From contig JAXCHI010000002.1 of the NCBI GenBank assembly GCA_033977065.1, forward strand, positions 256,001-320,000: a stretch of 64,000 nt of DNA, read 5' to 3'. This DNA is from Candidatus Algichlamydia australiensis (lineage in GTDB: Bacteria > Chlamydiota > Chlamydiia > Chlamydiales > JAJFMI01). A program made the translations under genes and the position numbers. Position 1 is the stretch's first letter; each line of letters starts with the position of its first letter. The notes below the pieces were generated by a model that was not told where the DNA came from, made no database searches, and was given only the letters and a program-made list of their open reading frames with translations. Shown here piece by piece: positions 41,627-50,957 of this stretch.

Positions 41627-44600
41627 ATGGACAGCAGACGCTATCTTGTTTTATTTATCACCCTCTTATTGAAGGCACATAATCTTTTTTCCGTCATAAA
41701 TGTTACAGATACAGCTTCACTTATTGCTGCGATCAACACTGCAAATGCTGTTCCTGAGACAATCCTTTTCTCTAATAACATCACACTTACCGCGCCCCTT
41801 CCTGCAATCACAAATACATACACGATTGATGGAGGCGGAAACATCCTAGATGGGGGGAGCTCTTTTCGAGGGTTTTTAGCTTTAGGAGGGGGGGTGAGTC
41901 CAACAGTGACCAACATCACTATTCAAAACACTCTTGCAAAAGGAGGAAATGGAGGAGACGCTCAAAATAGACGAGGGGGTTCTGGAGGTGGAGGCCTTGG
42001 TGCTGGTGGTGCTATTTACGTTGGGAATGGTGCAAATGTAGCTGTTGATACCACAACATACTCAACCTGTATAGCGCGTGGTGGAGATACGCCGTTTCCA
42101 GCAGGTGGAGCCAGCAGTGCTGGAGGTGGCGGAGGCGGCCTTGGTGGTAATGGTGGTCGAGGAGCAGGAAATGGCGGCGGCGGCGGTGGAGGAGGGCTCC
42201 TCTCTGGAAACAACGGGGCCAATGGAGTTAATAACTTTGGCGGAGCAGGTGGGGCTAATGGTGGAGGCGATGGAGCCGATGAAAATCCCCCTGCATTAGC
42301 GGGAGCAGGAACGTATGGCGGCGGAGGCGGAGGTGCTGCTGATCGAAATAATCCACCAGGTGGCGCGGCTTCAGCCGATGGAGGTTTTGGCGGAGGCGGT
42401 GGTGGCGGTGCTGCAGTACCAGGTGGAAATGCAAATGGTCTGGGTTCTGATGGAGGGTATGGTGCAGGTGGTGGTGGTGCAGGAAGACTCACCACTGGAG
42501 GAACTTCATTTTTTGGTGGTGGTGATGGACTTGATGCGGCGGGAAACCAGGGTGGTTCTGGAGGCGGAGGTGCTGCACTTGGTGGAGCAATTTTTATTGA
42601 TACAACTTCAACTTTAACCCTCACAGCTAATGCTGATCCATTCACAGGAAGTAGCTTAATTGCTGGAGTGGCTGGTGGAGCTGGTAATAATGGCCAAGCG
42701 CTTGGAACAGATATCTTTTTAGCTTCTGGAGGTACTCTTACTTTTACTGTTCCTGCTGGAACATTTACCTTGAGCAACGCAATTGAAGGCGACCAAGGTG
42801 CGGGAGGCTTAACAGGTGGAGGTGTTGTAAAACAGGGGGTGGGGATCCTTGATTTTACTTCTGTTGGAGCGCAAACCTATATCGAAAATACTACTTTTGC
42901 AGCGGGCACCATAAGAGCTAGTAGCGACACTAACTTAGGAGTAGCAGCAAATGGCATGATTTTTTCTGGGGGAACATTCAACCCTACTTCTGCGTTTACG
43001 ACAACCTCTCGAGCCATTTCATTAACAACGCAAGGAACCATTGAGGTTGATGCTGCCGCCACTTTTACAATACCCACGGCTATAACGGGAGCTGGAGGGC
43101 TTACAAAAGATGGGAGTGGAACGCTTCTTTTAACTGGAGTTAACACCTATGCAGGAGGCACAACTTTTTTAGATGGAGAATTGAGTGTTTCAGCAGACAA
43201 CAATCTAGGAAATATAGCTGGAAACCTTACGTTTAATGGGGGAACTCTCCTATCAGCAGGAACATTTAGTTCAGCTCGTGGAGTCACTTTAACTGGAGCT
43301 GGAACAATAGAAGTTGACCCAGCAGAAGAGTTGACTCTTAGTGGAATTTTAGCCGGAGCAGGAGGATTAACAAAAACGGGAGCAGGTCAACTTACATTGA
43401 CGGGAGCGAATACGTATACAGGCGGAACAACAGTGACAGCAGGCACGTTGCAAGGAAACACAACAAGCTTGCAAGGCAATATTCTAAACAATAGCGCGCT
43501 GATTTTTAATCAGACAGTGGACGGCATCTATGCAGACATAGTGAGTGGAACAGGAAGCCTAGAAAAAATTGGAGCAGCCAAGCTGACGATGACCGGAGCC
43601 AATACTTATTCTGGAGGAACAACAGTCACAGCCGGAACCCTCGAAGGAGACGCGACAAGCCTGCAAGGAAATATTCTAAACAATAGCGCAGTGATTTTTA
43701 ACCAGACAGTTGATGGCACTTATTCTGGAGCAATGAGTGGAACAGGAAGCTTGGAGAAAGTAGGAGCAGCCAAGCTGACGATAACCGGAGCCAATACGTA
43801 TTCTGGAGGAACGACAATTACAGCAGGAACCCTCGAAGGAAACTCTACAAGTTTACAAGGGAATATTTTAAACAATAGCGCGCTAATTTTTGATGAAACA
43901 GTTGATGGCACTTATGCAGGAATTGTAAGTGGAACAGGAAGCTTGGAAAAAATTGGAGTGGCCAAGCTTACTCTAACCGGAGCGAATACCTACTCCGGAG
44001 GGACAACAGTTACAGCGGGGACACTCCAAGGAAATACAACAAGTTTACAAGGAAATATTCTAAACAATAGCGCGCTAATTTTTGATCAGACAGTGGACGG
44101 TATCTACGCAGACATAGTGAGTGGAACAGGAAGTGTAGAAAAAATCGGAGCAGCAAAACTTACAGTGACGGGAGCGAATGTCTATTCTGGAGGAACGACA
44201 GTCACGGCAGGAGAGCTACAAGGAAACACAACAAGCTTGCAAGGCAATATTCTAAACAATAGCGCGCTGATTTTTAATCAGACAGTGGACGGTGTCTATG
44301 CAGACATAGTGAGTGGAACAGGGAGTGTAGAAAAAATAGGGGCAGCTAAGCTTACTCTAACAGGAGCGAATGTCTATTCTGGAGGAACAACAGTCACAGC
44401 CGGAACCCTCGAAGGAGACGCAACAAGCCTGCAAGGGAATATTGTAAACAATAGCGCAGTGATTTTTAACCAGACAGTTGATGGCACTTATTCTGGAGCG
44501 ATGAGTGGAACAGGAAGCTTAGAGAAAATTGGAGCAGCTAAACTCACAGTAACAGGGGCAAACACCTACTCTGGAGGAACGACAATTACAGCCGGAACCC

Positions 44601-47600
44601 TCGAAGGAAACTCTACAAGCTTACAAGGAAATATTGTAAACAACGCAACTCTCATTTTCGACCAAATAGTGGATGGAACCTACACGGGCGTGATAAGTGG
44701 AACAGGAAGCTTTGAAAAGATAGGAGCTGCCAAGCTCACAGTAACCGGAGCAAACACCTACTCTGGGGGCACAACCTTATTAGATGGAGTATTAAGCATA
44801 TCTGCGGACAATAACCTGGGAAATGCAGTAGGTACTCTTACTTTCAATGGGGGGGCTCTCTTGTCAACAGGAACATTTAGTTCAAATAGAGGAGTGTCCT
44901 TGACAGGAGCTGGGACCATAGAGGTTGATCTAGCAGAAGAACTGACACTGAGCGGAATTTTAAGTGGAGCGGGCGGATTAACAAAAACAGGGGGAGGACA
45001 ACTTACGTTGACCGGAGCCAATACCTATGCAGGAGGCACAACAGTCACAGCAGGAACACTCCAAGGAAACACGACAAGTCTGCAAGGGAATATTGTAAAC
45101 AATGCAGATTTGATTTTTAACCAAGCAGTAGATGGAACTTTTGCCTCAATTGTGAGTGGAACAGGGAGCTTAGAAAAAATTGGAGTGGCCAAACTTACGT
45201 TGACCGGAGCGAATACCTACTCTGGAGGAACAACAGTCACAGCCGGAACCCTCGAGGGAAACACGACAAGTCTGCAAGGAAATATTGTAAACAACGCAGC
45301 AGTAATTTTTAATCAAACGGTAGATGGCACCTATGCGGGAGCGATGAGTGGAACAGGAAGCTTGGAGAAAGTAGGAGCAGCTAAGCTCACGGTAACAGGG
45401 GCAAATACTTACTCCGGAGGAACAACAATTACAGCTGGAACCCTCGAAGGAAACTCTACAAGTTTGCAAGGAAATATTCTAAACAATAGCGCCCTAATTT
45501 TTAACCAAGCAGTAGATGGAACATATGCTGGAGTGGTAAGCGGAACAGGAAGTTTAGAAAAAACAGGAGCAGCCAAACTTACAGTAACCGGAGCTAATAC
45601 CTATACAGGAGGAACGACAGTTACAGCGGGTACCCTCCAGGGAAATACAACAAGTCTACAAGGAAATATTGTAAACAACGCAGCGGTGATTTTTGACCAG
45701 TTGGTAGATGGTACCTATGTGGGAGCGATGAGTGGAACAGGAAACCTAGAGAAAATTGGGGTTGCTAAACTTACAATGACAGGAGCCAATACTTACTCTG
45801 GAGGAACGACAGTTACAGCCGGAATCCTCGAAGGAAACACAACAAGCTTACAAGGGAATATTTTAAACAACGCAGCAGTAATTTTTAATCAAACGGTAGA
45901 TGGCATCTATGCGGGAGCGATGAGTGGAACAGGAAGCCTGGAGAAAATTGGGGCGGCTAAACTCACAATGACAGGAGCGAATACTTATTCTGGAGGAACG
46001 ACAATTACAGCAGGAACTCTAGAAGGGAACGCAACAAGCTTACAAGGAAATATTGTAAACAACGCAGCAGCAATTTTTAATCAAACGGTAGACGGCACCT
46101 ATGCAGGAGCGATGAGTGGAACAGGAAGCCTGGAGAAAATTGGGGCGGCCAAACTCACAGTGACAGGAACCAATACTTATTCTGGAGGAACGACAATTAC
46201 AGCAGGAACTCTAGAAGGGAACGCAACAAGCTTACAAGGAAATATTGTAAACAACGCAGCTCTTATTTTTAATCAAATAGTAGATGGAACCTACGCAGGC
46301 GTGATAAGTGGAACAGGGAGCTTAGAGAAAACTGGAGCAGCTAAGCTTACAGTGACAGGAGCCAATACCTATACAGGAGGAACGACAGTCACAGCTGGAA
46401 TTTTGGAAGGGAATACAACAAGTTTGCAGGGAAATATCCTGAATAATGCAGCTGTAATTTTTGATCAGGCGGTAGATGGTATTTACGCCGGAGCAATGAG
46501 CGGGACAGGAAGTTTAGAAAAAACAGGGGTAGCAAAACTTACTCTTACTGGGGCAAATACTTATAGCGGTGGCACAACAATCACAGCCGGAACGTTGGAG
46601 GGTGACTCCACAAGTTTACAAGGAGATATTTTCAATAATGCGGCTCTGATTTTTAACCAGACAGTAGATGGAATTTATGCTGGGGTGTTAAGTGGAACAG
46701 GAAGTGTGGAGAAGATAGGAGCAGCAAAGCTTACCCTGACAGGAGCCAATACTTACTCAGGAGGGACAATTGTTACAGCAGGAGAGCTGCAGGGAAATAC
46801 AACAAGTTTGCAAGGGAATATTCTAAACAATAGCGCAGTAATTTTTAACCAAGCAGTAGATGGAACATATGCTGGAGTGATGAGCGGAACAGGAAGCTTG
46901 GAGAAAGTAGGAGCTGCTAAGCTCACAGTAACAGGGGCAAATACCTACTCCGGAGGAACGACAATTACAGCCGGAATACTCGAAGGGAACGCAACAAGTT
47001 TACAAGGAAATATTCTAAACAATAGCGCCCTAATTTTTAACCAAGCAGTAGATGGAACATATGCTGGAGTGGTAAGCGGAACAGGAAGTTTTGAAAAGAT
47101 AGGAGCAGCTAAACTTACAATAACCGGAGCCAATACTTATACAGGGGGAACAACAGTCACAGCTGGAACTCTAGAAGGGAATACTACAAGTTTACAAGGA
47201 AATATTGTAAACAACGCAGCCCTAATTTTCGACCAAACAGTAGACGGTGCTTACGCAGACATAGTAAGTGGAACAGGGAGCTTAGAGAAAATAGGGGGGG
47301 CCAAGCTCACATTGACGGGAGCAAATACCTACACGGGTGGAACAACAGTCACAGCTGGAACTCTCGAAGGAAACACAACAAGTTTGCAAGGAAATATTGT
47401 AAACAACGCAGCTCTGATTTTTGACCAGGTAGTAGACGGAACCTTTATTGACGTTGTGAGTGGAACAGGAAGCTTAGAAAAAATTGGAGTGGCTAAACTT
47501 ACGTTGACCGGAGCGAATACTTACTCTGGAGGAACAACAGTCACAGCAGGAACCCTCGAAGGAAACGTAACAAGTTTACAAGGAAATATTCTAAACAATA

Positions 47601-50266
47601 GCGCCCTAATTTTTAACCAAGCAGTAGATGGAACATATGCTGGAGTGATGAGCGGAACAGGAAGCTTGGAGAAAGTAGGAGCTGCTAAGCTCACAGTAAC
47701 AGGGGCAAATACCTACTCCGGAGGAACGACAATTACAGCCGGAATACTCGAAGGGAACGCAACAAGTTTACAAGGAAATATTCTAAACAATAGCGCCCTA
47801 ATTTTTAACCAAGCAGTAGATGGAACATATGCTGGAGTGGTAAGTGGAACAGGAAGTTTTGAAAAGATAGGAGCAGCCAAACTTACAATAACCGGAGCCA
47901 ATACTTATACAGGGGGAACGACAGTCACAGCTGGAACTCTAGAAGGGAATACTACAAGTTTACAAGGAAATATTGTAAACAACGCAGCCCTAATTTTCGA
48001 CCAAACAGTAGACGGTGTTTACGCAGACATAGTAAGTGGAACAGGGAGCTTAGAGAAAATAGGAGGGGCCAAACTTACATTGACGGGAGTCAATACCTAT
48101 ACAGGAGGAACGACAGTCACAGCTGGTACATTGCAAGGGAACACCACAAGTCTACAAGGGAATATTGTAAACAATAGCGCGCTAATTTTTGATCAACTAG
48201 TTGACGGTGTTTACGCAGATATTGTAAGCGGAACGGGAAGTGTAGAAAAAATAGGAGCAGCAAAACTTACCTTGACAGGAGCCAATACTTACTCAGGAGG
48301 GACAATTGTTACAGCAGGAGAGCTGCAGGGAAATACAACAAGTTTGCAAGGGAATATCGTGAATAATGCAGCAGTGATTTTTGATCAGGTTGTTAATGGT
48401 ACTTTCTCTGGAGTGACAAGTGGAACAGGAAGTATAGAGAAAATAGGGGCGGGCAAGCTTACTCTTACTGGAACAAATACATACAGCGGAGGAACGACAA
48501 TTACAGCCGGTACAATCGAGGGAGATGCCACAAGCTTACAAGGAGTGATCACCAATAACGCGGCACTCATTTTTGATCAGGCAGTTGATGCGACCTATGC
48601 TGGAGTTGTTTCAGGAAGCGGTATTATGGAGAAAACAGGTATTGCAAAACTTACACTTACTGGTAACTCAGCTGCGTTTGCAGGGCCAACGACAATCACA
48701 CAAGGCTCTTTATGCGTGAATGGAGTGCTCTCAGGAGACATGAATGTCGATCCAGGTGGCTTGCTTTGTGGAATCGGACAAGTAGGAGAGACTTTAAACG
48801 ATGGAATGGTATTTCCAGGTGCTTCAATTGGGACTCTTACTATTAATGGAAATTACACGCAAACTGCAGCAGGATTGCTTGAGATAGAACTTGATGAGTT
48901 TGGGAACTCTGATCAATTAATTGTGCTTGGAGATGCCTTTCTTGATGGGGGCATTACCATTATTCCGATGCCTGGGATTTATATGGAGGGAGATACTTAC
49001 ACAGTCATTACGACAACAGGAAATGTATTTGGCACATTTGCCACAGAGATCCAAACCCCAGATTTCGGATTCTCAGTAGGCTATAACGCTAGCTCGGTCG
49101 TTCTTTTTATTGCTTCTAGCGGAGTTGTTACACCGATACCAATTTCTTCCCTTAGCGGGAATGCCAGAGCAGTAGCAAAGTATCTCTTTTGTCCTGAAGT
49201 TATTCCAACAGGTGATCTGTTTACAGTAATGAATGCTCTTGTTCTTAATCCAGCTGACGAATTTGTTGATGAACTAAATCAGCTATCACCTGCCCAGTTT
49301 GGAGCTCTGCCAATAGTCAATTTTGAAAATGCTCAAAGTGTTTTGAGTAGTTTAACCAACACAACAGAAGGGAATTTCTTTCACCAAGTGGCAAGAGGAG
49401 AGAATATAACCTTTCAAGAGCAGTTGTGGCTACAGCCAATTGGATATTATTACAATCAAAATGGAGTAGAGCACCAGCTTGGTTTTAAAAATCGCACATA
49501 TGGATTTGCCCTTGGGGGAGATTATATTTTTAACGAAAATTTCATTGTAGGTGGAGGAGCGGGCTACACTTACTCTCACTTGAATTGGGCAGAAGATGCG
49601 GGAGAAGCAGATATCAATAGCATCTATCTTGGACCGCACCTCGCTTATATCAAAAACAAAGCCTATGTCAATCTCAGCTTAATTGGCGGACGCGATTTTT
49701 ACGATGTGACAAGACACATCCACTTTCCTGGAATTGATCGCAACGCCGCAAATGATCATAGAGGGTGGGAGATTATTGGCCGTTTAGAGACAAGCGTAGC
49801 ATTAAAAATGCCAAACGCAATGAGCCACAACCTCTTCTTTCAGCCCTACGCGCGAATTGATTATGCGAATGTATTTGAAGGCGGCTACCAAGAGAGTGGG
49901 GCCAATAGCATAGACTTGCTTGTACAAGACAAAACCACCTCATTTCTTGGAGTAGAGTGCACAGCGAGCTTGTTTAAAATAATCTATACAAGCGTATGCG
50001 ATCTTTTTCCAAGGTTAACAGTCGGTTGGATAAGAAGAGCGCACTTATCAAATCCAGGATATACCTCTGAATTTTATGGCCAAAACCTTTGCCAGCCAAA
50101 CTTTACAGTAAAGAGTTTCCATCAACCTGTAGATCAGCTTTTACTTGGAGGCGATATTACAGGAGTCTGTGGAGAGCACTTTGAATTTGGTATTGGCTAT
50201 TCTTGCAAGATGGGAGATAGCAATAGCATCCAAAAAGCGGATGCAAGAGTGCAGTGGAACTTTTAG
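41627..50266 (+). CDS. Giant autotransporter adhesin (2879 aa)
   Basis: Signal peptide, Gly-rich region, passenger repeats (K.G.GxLTLTGANTYxGGT), PGASIGTLTINGNY, C-terminal beta-barrel ending VQWNF. Confidence 0.93.
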   Translation: MDSRRYLVLFITLLLKAHNLFSVINVTDTASLIAAINTANAVPETILFSNNITLTAPLPAITNTYTIDGGGNILDGGSSFRGFLALGGGVSPTVTNITIQNTLAKGGNGGDAQNRRGGSGGGGLGAGGAIYVGNGANVAVDTTTYSTCIARGGDTPFPAGGASSAGGGGGGLGGNGGRGAGNGGGGGGGGLLSGNNGANGVNNFGGAGGANGGGDGADENPPALAGAGTYGGGGGGAADRNNPPGGAASADGGFGGGGGGGAAVPGGNANGLGSDGGYGAGGGGAGRLTTGGTSFFGGGDGLDAAGNQGGSGGGGAALGGAIFIDTTSTLTLTANADPFTGSSLIAGVAGGAGNNGQALGTDIFLASGGTLTFTVPAGTFTLSNAIEGDQGAGGLTGGGVVKQGVGILDFTSVGAQTYIENTTFAAGTIRASSDTNLGVAANGMIFSGGTFNPTSAFTTTSRAISLTTQGTIEVDAAATFTIPTAITGAGGLTKDGSGTLLLTGVNTYAGGTTFLDGELSVSADNNLGNIAGNLTFNGGTLLSAGTFSSARGVTLTGAGTIEVDPAEELTLSGILAGAGGLTKTGAGQLTLTGANTYTGGTTVTAGTLQGNTTSLQGNILNNSALIFNQTVDGIYADIVSGTGSLEKIGAAKLTMTGANTYSGGTTVTAGTLEGDATSLQGNILNNSAVIFNQTVDGTYSGAMSGTGSLEKVGAAKLTITGANTYSGGTTITAGTLEGNSTSLQGNILNNSALIFDETVDGTYAGIVSGTGSLEKIGVAKLTLTGANTYSGGTTVTAGTLQGNTTSLQGNILNNSALIFDQTVDGIYADIVSGTGSVEKIGAAKLTVTGANVYSGGTTVTAGELQGNTTSLQGNILNNSALIFNQTVDGVYADIVSGTGSVEKIGAAKLTLTGANVYSGGTTVTAGTLEGDATSLQGNIVNNSAVIFNQTVDGTYSGAMSGTGSLEKIGAAKLTVTGANTYSGGTTITAGTLEGNSTSLQGNIVNNATLIFDQIVDGTYTGVISGTGSFEKIGAAKLTVTGANTYSGGTTLLDGVLSISADNNLGNAVGTLTFNGGALLSTGTFSSNRGVSLTGAGTIEVDLAEELTLSGILSGAGGLTKTGGGQLTLTGANTYAGGTTVTAGTLQGNTTSLQGNIVNNADLIFNQAVDGTFASIVSGTGSLEKIGVAKLTLTGANTYSGGTTVTAGTLEGNTTSLQGNIVNNAAVIFNQTVDGTYAGAMSGTGSLEKVGAAKLTVTGANTYSGGTTITAGTLEGNSTSLQGNILNNSALIFNQAVDGTYAGVVSGTGSLEKTGAAKLTVTGANTYTGGTTVTAGTLQGNTTSLQGNIVNNAAVIFDQLVDGTYVGAMSGTGNLEKIGVAKLTMTGANTYSGGTTVTAGILEGNTTSLQGNILNNAAVIFNQTVDGIYAGAMSGTGSLEKIGAAKLTMTGANTYSGGTTITAGTLEGNATSLQGNIVNNAAAIFNQTVDGTYAGAMSGTGSLEKIGAAKLTVTGTNTYSGGTTITAGTLEGNATSLQGNIVNNAALIFNQIVDGTYAGVISGTGSLEKTGAAKLTVTGANTYTGGTTVTAGILEGNTTSLQGNILNNAAVIFDQAVDGIYAGAMSGTGSLEKTGVAKLTLTGANTYSGGTTITAGTLEGDSTSLQGDIFNNAALIFNQTVDGIYAGVLSGTGSVEKIGAAKLTLTGANTYSGGTIVTAGELQGNTTSLQGNILNNSAVIFNQAVDGTYAGVMSGTGSLEKVGAAKLTVTGANTYSGGTTITAGILEGNATSLQGNILNNSALIFNQAVDGTYAGVVSGTGSFEKIGAAKLTITGANTYTGGTTVTAGTLEGNTTSLQGNIVNNAALIFDQTVDGAYADIVSGTGSLEKIGGAKLTLTGANTYTGGTTVTAGTLEGNTTSLQGNIVNNAALIFDQVVDGTFIDVVSGTGSLEKIGVAKLTLTGANTYSGGTTVTAGTLEGNVTSLQGNILNNSALIFNQAVDGTYAGVMSGTGSLEKVGAAKLTVTGANTYSGGTTITAGILEGNATSLQGNILNNSALIFNQAVDGTYAGVVSGTGSFEKIGAAKLTITGANTYTGGTTVTAGTLEGNTTSLQGNIVNNAALIFDQTVDGVYADIVSGTGSLEKIGGAKLTLTGVNTYTGGTTVTAGTLQGNTTSLQGNIVNNSALIFDQLVDGVYADIVSGTGSVEKIGAAKLTLTGANTYSGGTIVTAGELQGNTTSLQGNIVNNAAVIFDQVVNGTFSGVTSGTGSIEKIGAGKLTLTGTNTYSGGTTITAGTIEGDATSLQGVITNNAALIFDQAVDATYAGVVSGSGIMEKTGIAKLTLTGNSAAFAGPTTITQGSLCVNGVLSGDMNVDPGGLLCGIGQVGETLNDGMVFPGASIGTLTINGNYTQTAAGLLEIELDEFGNSDQLIVLGDAFLDGGITIIPMPGIYMEGDTYTVITTTGNVFGTFATEIQTPDFGFSVGYNASSVVLFIASSGVVTPIPISSLSGNARAVAKYLFCPEVIPTGDLFTVMNALVLNPADEFVDELNQLSPAQFGALPIVNFENAQSVLSSLTNTTEGNFFHQVARGENITFQEQLWLQPIGYYYNQNGVEHQLGFKNRTYGFALGGDYIFNENFIVGGGAGYTYSHLNWAEDAGEADINSIYLGPHLAYIKNKAYVNLSLIGGRDFYDVTRHIHFPGIDRNAANDHRGWEIIGRLETSVALKMPNAMSHNLFFQPYARIDYANVFEGGYQESGANSIDLLVQDKTTSFLGVECTASLFKIIYTSVCDLFPRLTVGWIRRAHLSNPGYTSEFYGQNLCQPNFTVKSFHQPVDQLLLGGDITGVCGEHFEFGIGYSCKMGDSNSIQKADARVQWNF
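43133..48658 (+). repeat. Intragenic tandem repeats: 26 x 192-bp units plus 267-bp units
   Basis: 267-bp unit 43133-43399, 7 units 43400-44743, 267-bp unit 44744-45010, 19 units 45011-48658. Confidence 0.9.
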
Positions 50267-50270
50267 GATG

Positions 50271-50344
50271 TTTTAGATAGCGTCGTCAAAAGCATACAAC
50301 CATCTTATTTTTCATGTTTGGGCTCCATTTTTGTCCAGTACTGA
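50271..50344. mobile_element. Chimeric MITE remnant (family D arm + family E end)
   Basis: 50271-50334 equals reverse complement of 62396-62459; 50327-50344 equals 55031-55048. Confidence 0.8.
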
Positions 50345-50434
50345 AGGAGCTGTCTCTGAATTAAAGTGATAATCTCTGTACTCGAATTTCACTTGAGCTT
50401 CTTTTAGAAATAAGATAGAATTTGGAATTATAAA

Positions 50435-50594
50435 ACCCGAGTTGCTACCCCCTTCCCCCTCTGGAGAGTGCCTTTTCGCGATCTACTTAATTTTAACTCT
50501 CAGAAATGTTTATTAAACATTCCCTTCGAGTTGAAATTAAGTATCCCATCAAAAATCCTTCTCTCCATAGGAGAAATTGGGTAGTAACTCGGGT
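50435..50594. mobile_element. 160-bp palindromic MITE, family C (IS982-like ends)
   Basis: ACCCGAGTT...AACTCGGGT ends, 7-bp direct repeat TTATAAA (50428-50434, 50595-50601). Confidence 0.85.
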
Positions 50595-50650
50595 TTATAA
50601 AGGCGAGCTTTTTGTGGAGTTTTTTTATATATTGCCTTATTAATTAAATT

Positions 50651-50956
50651 ATGTGGGATAGTTTATTAAAGTTGGTTTTTGTAAACAAACGGTTACTTTC
50701 CACCGTGTTTTTTTTGAGTATTTCTTATCTCGTTTATAGTCAATCAATTGAGAAAAAAGTACAGCTTTTAGGTGAGCTGCAATTAAAAAAAGAGCGTTTG
50801 CTATCTGAAAAAGTACTCTTAATTGAAAAACAAAAAGAGCTCGCAATGGAGCTTGCAAGCAGTCACGATCCCGCTTGGATTGAGCTCTCACTTATGCGCC
50901 GTTTAGGAGTAGTGCCCGAGGGGCAGGTCAAAGTCCACTTTTCTAGCGATCCTTAA
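50651..50956 (+). CDS. FtsB/DivIC-like protein (CT038-like)
   Basis: TM + coiled coil + DPAWIELSLMRRLGVVPEGQ. Confidence 0.7.
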   Translation: MWDSLLKLVFVNKRLLSTVFFLSISYLVYSQSIEKKVQLLGELQLKKERLLSEKVLLIEKQKELAMELASSHDPAWIELSLMRRLGVVPEGQVKVHFSSDP

Positions 50957-50957
50957 C

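Noticed and set aside
42016..42777. Pro-rich 253-aa antisense ORF
   Set aside because: Mirror of Gly codons in the autotransporter.
43400..48658. CRISPR array or diversity-generating cassette
   Set aside because: Units are contiguous in-frame 192-bp coding repeats with no spacers; no cas or reverse transcriptase gene in the window.
40039..50594. Composite transposon carrying the GT and autotransporter between two family C copies
   Set aside because: Each copy has its own different 7-bp target duplication, indicating independent insertions; outer flanks do not match.
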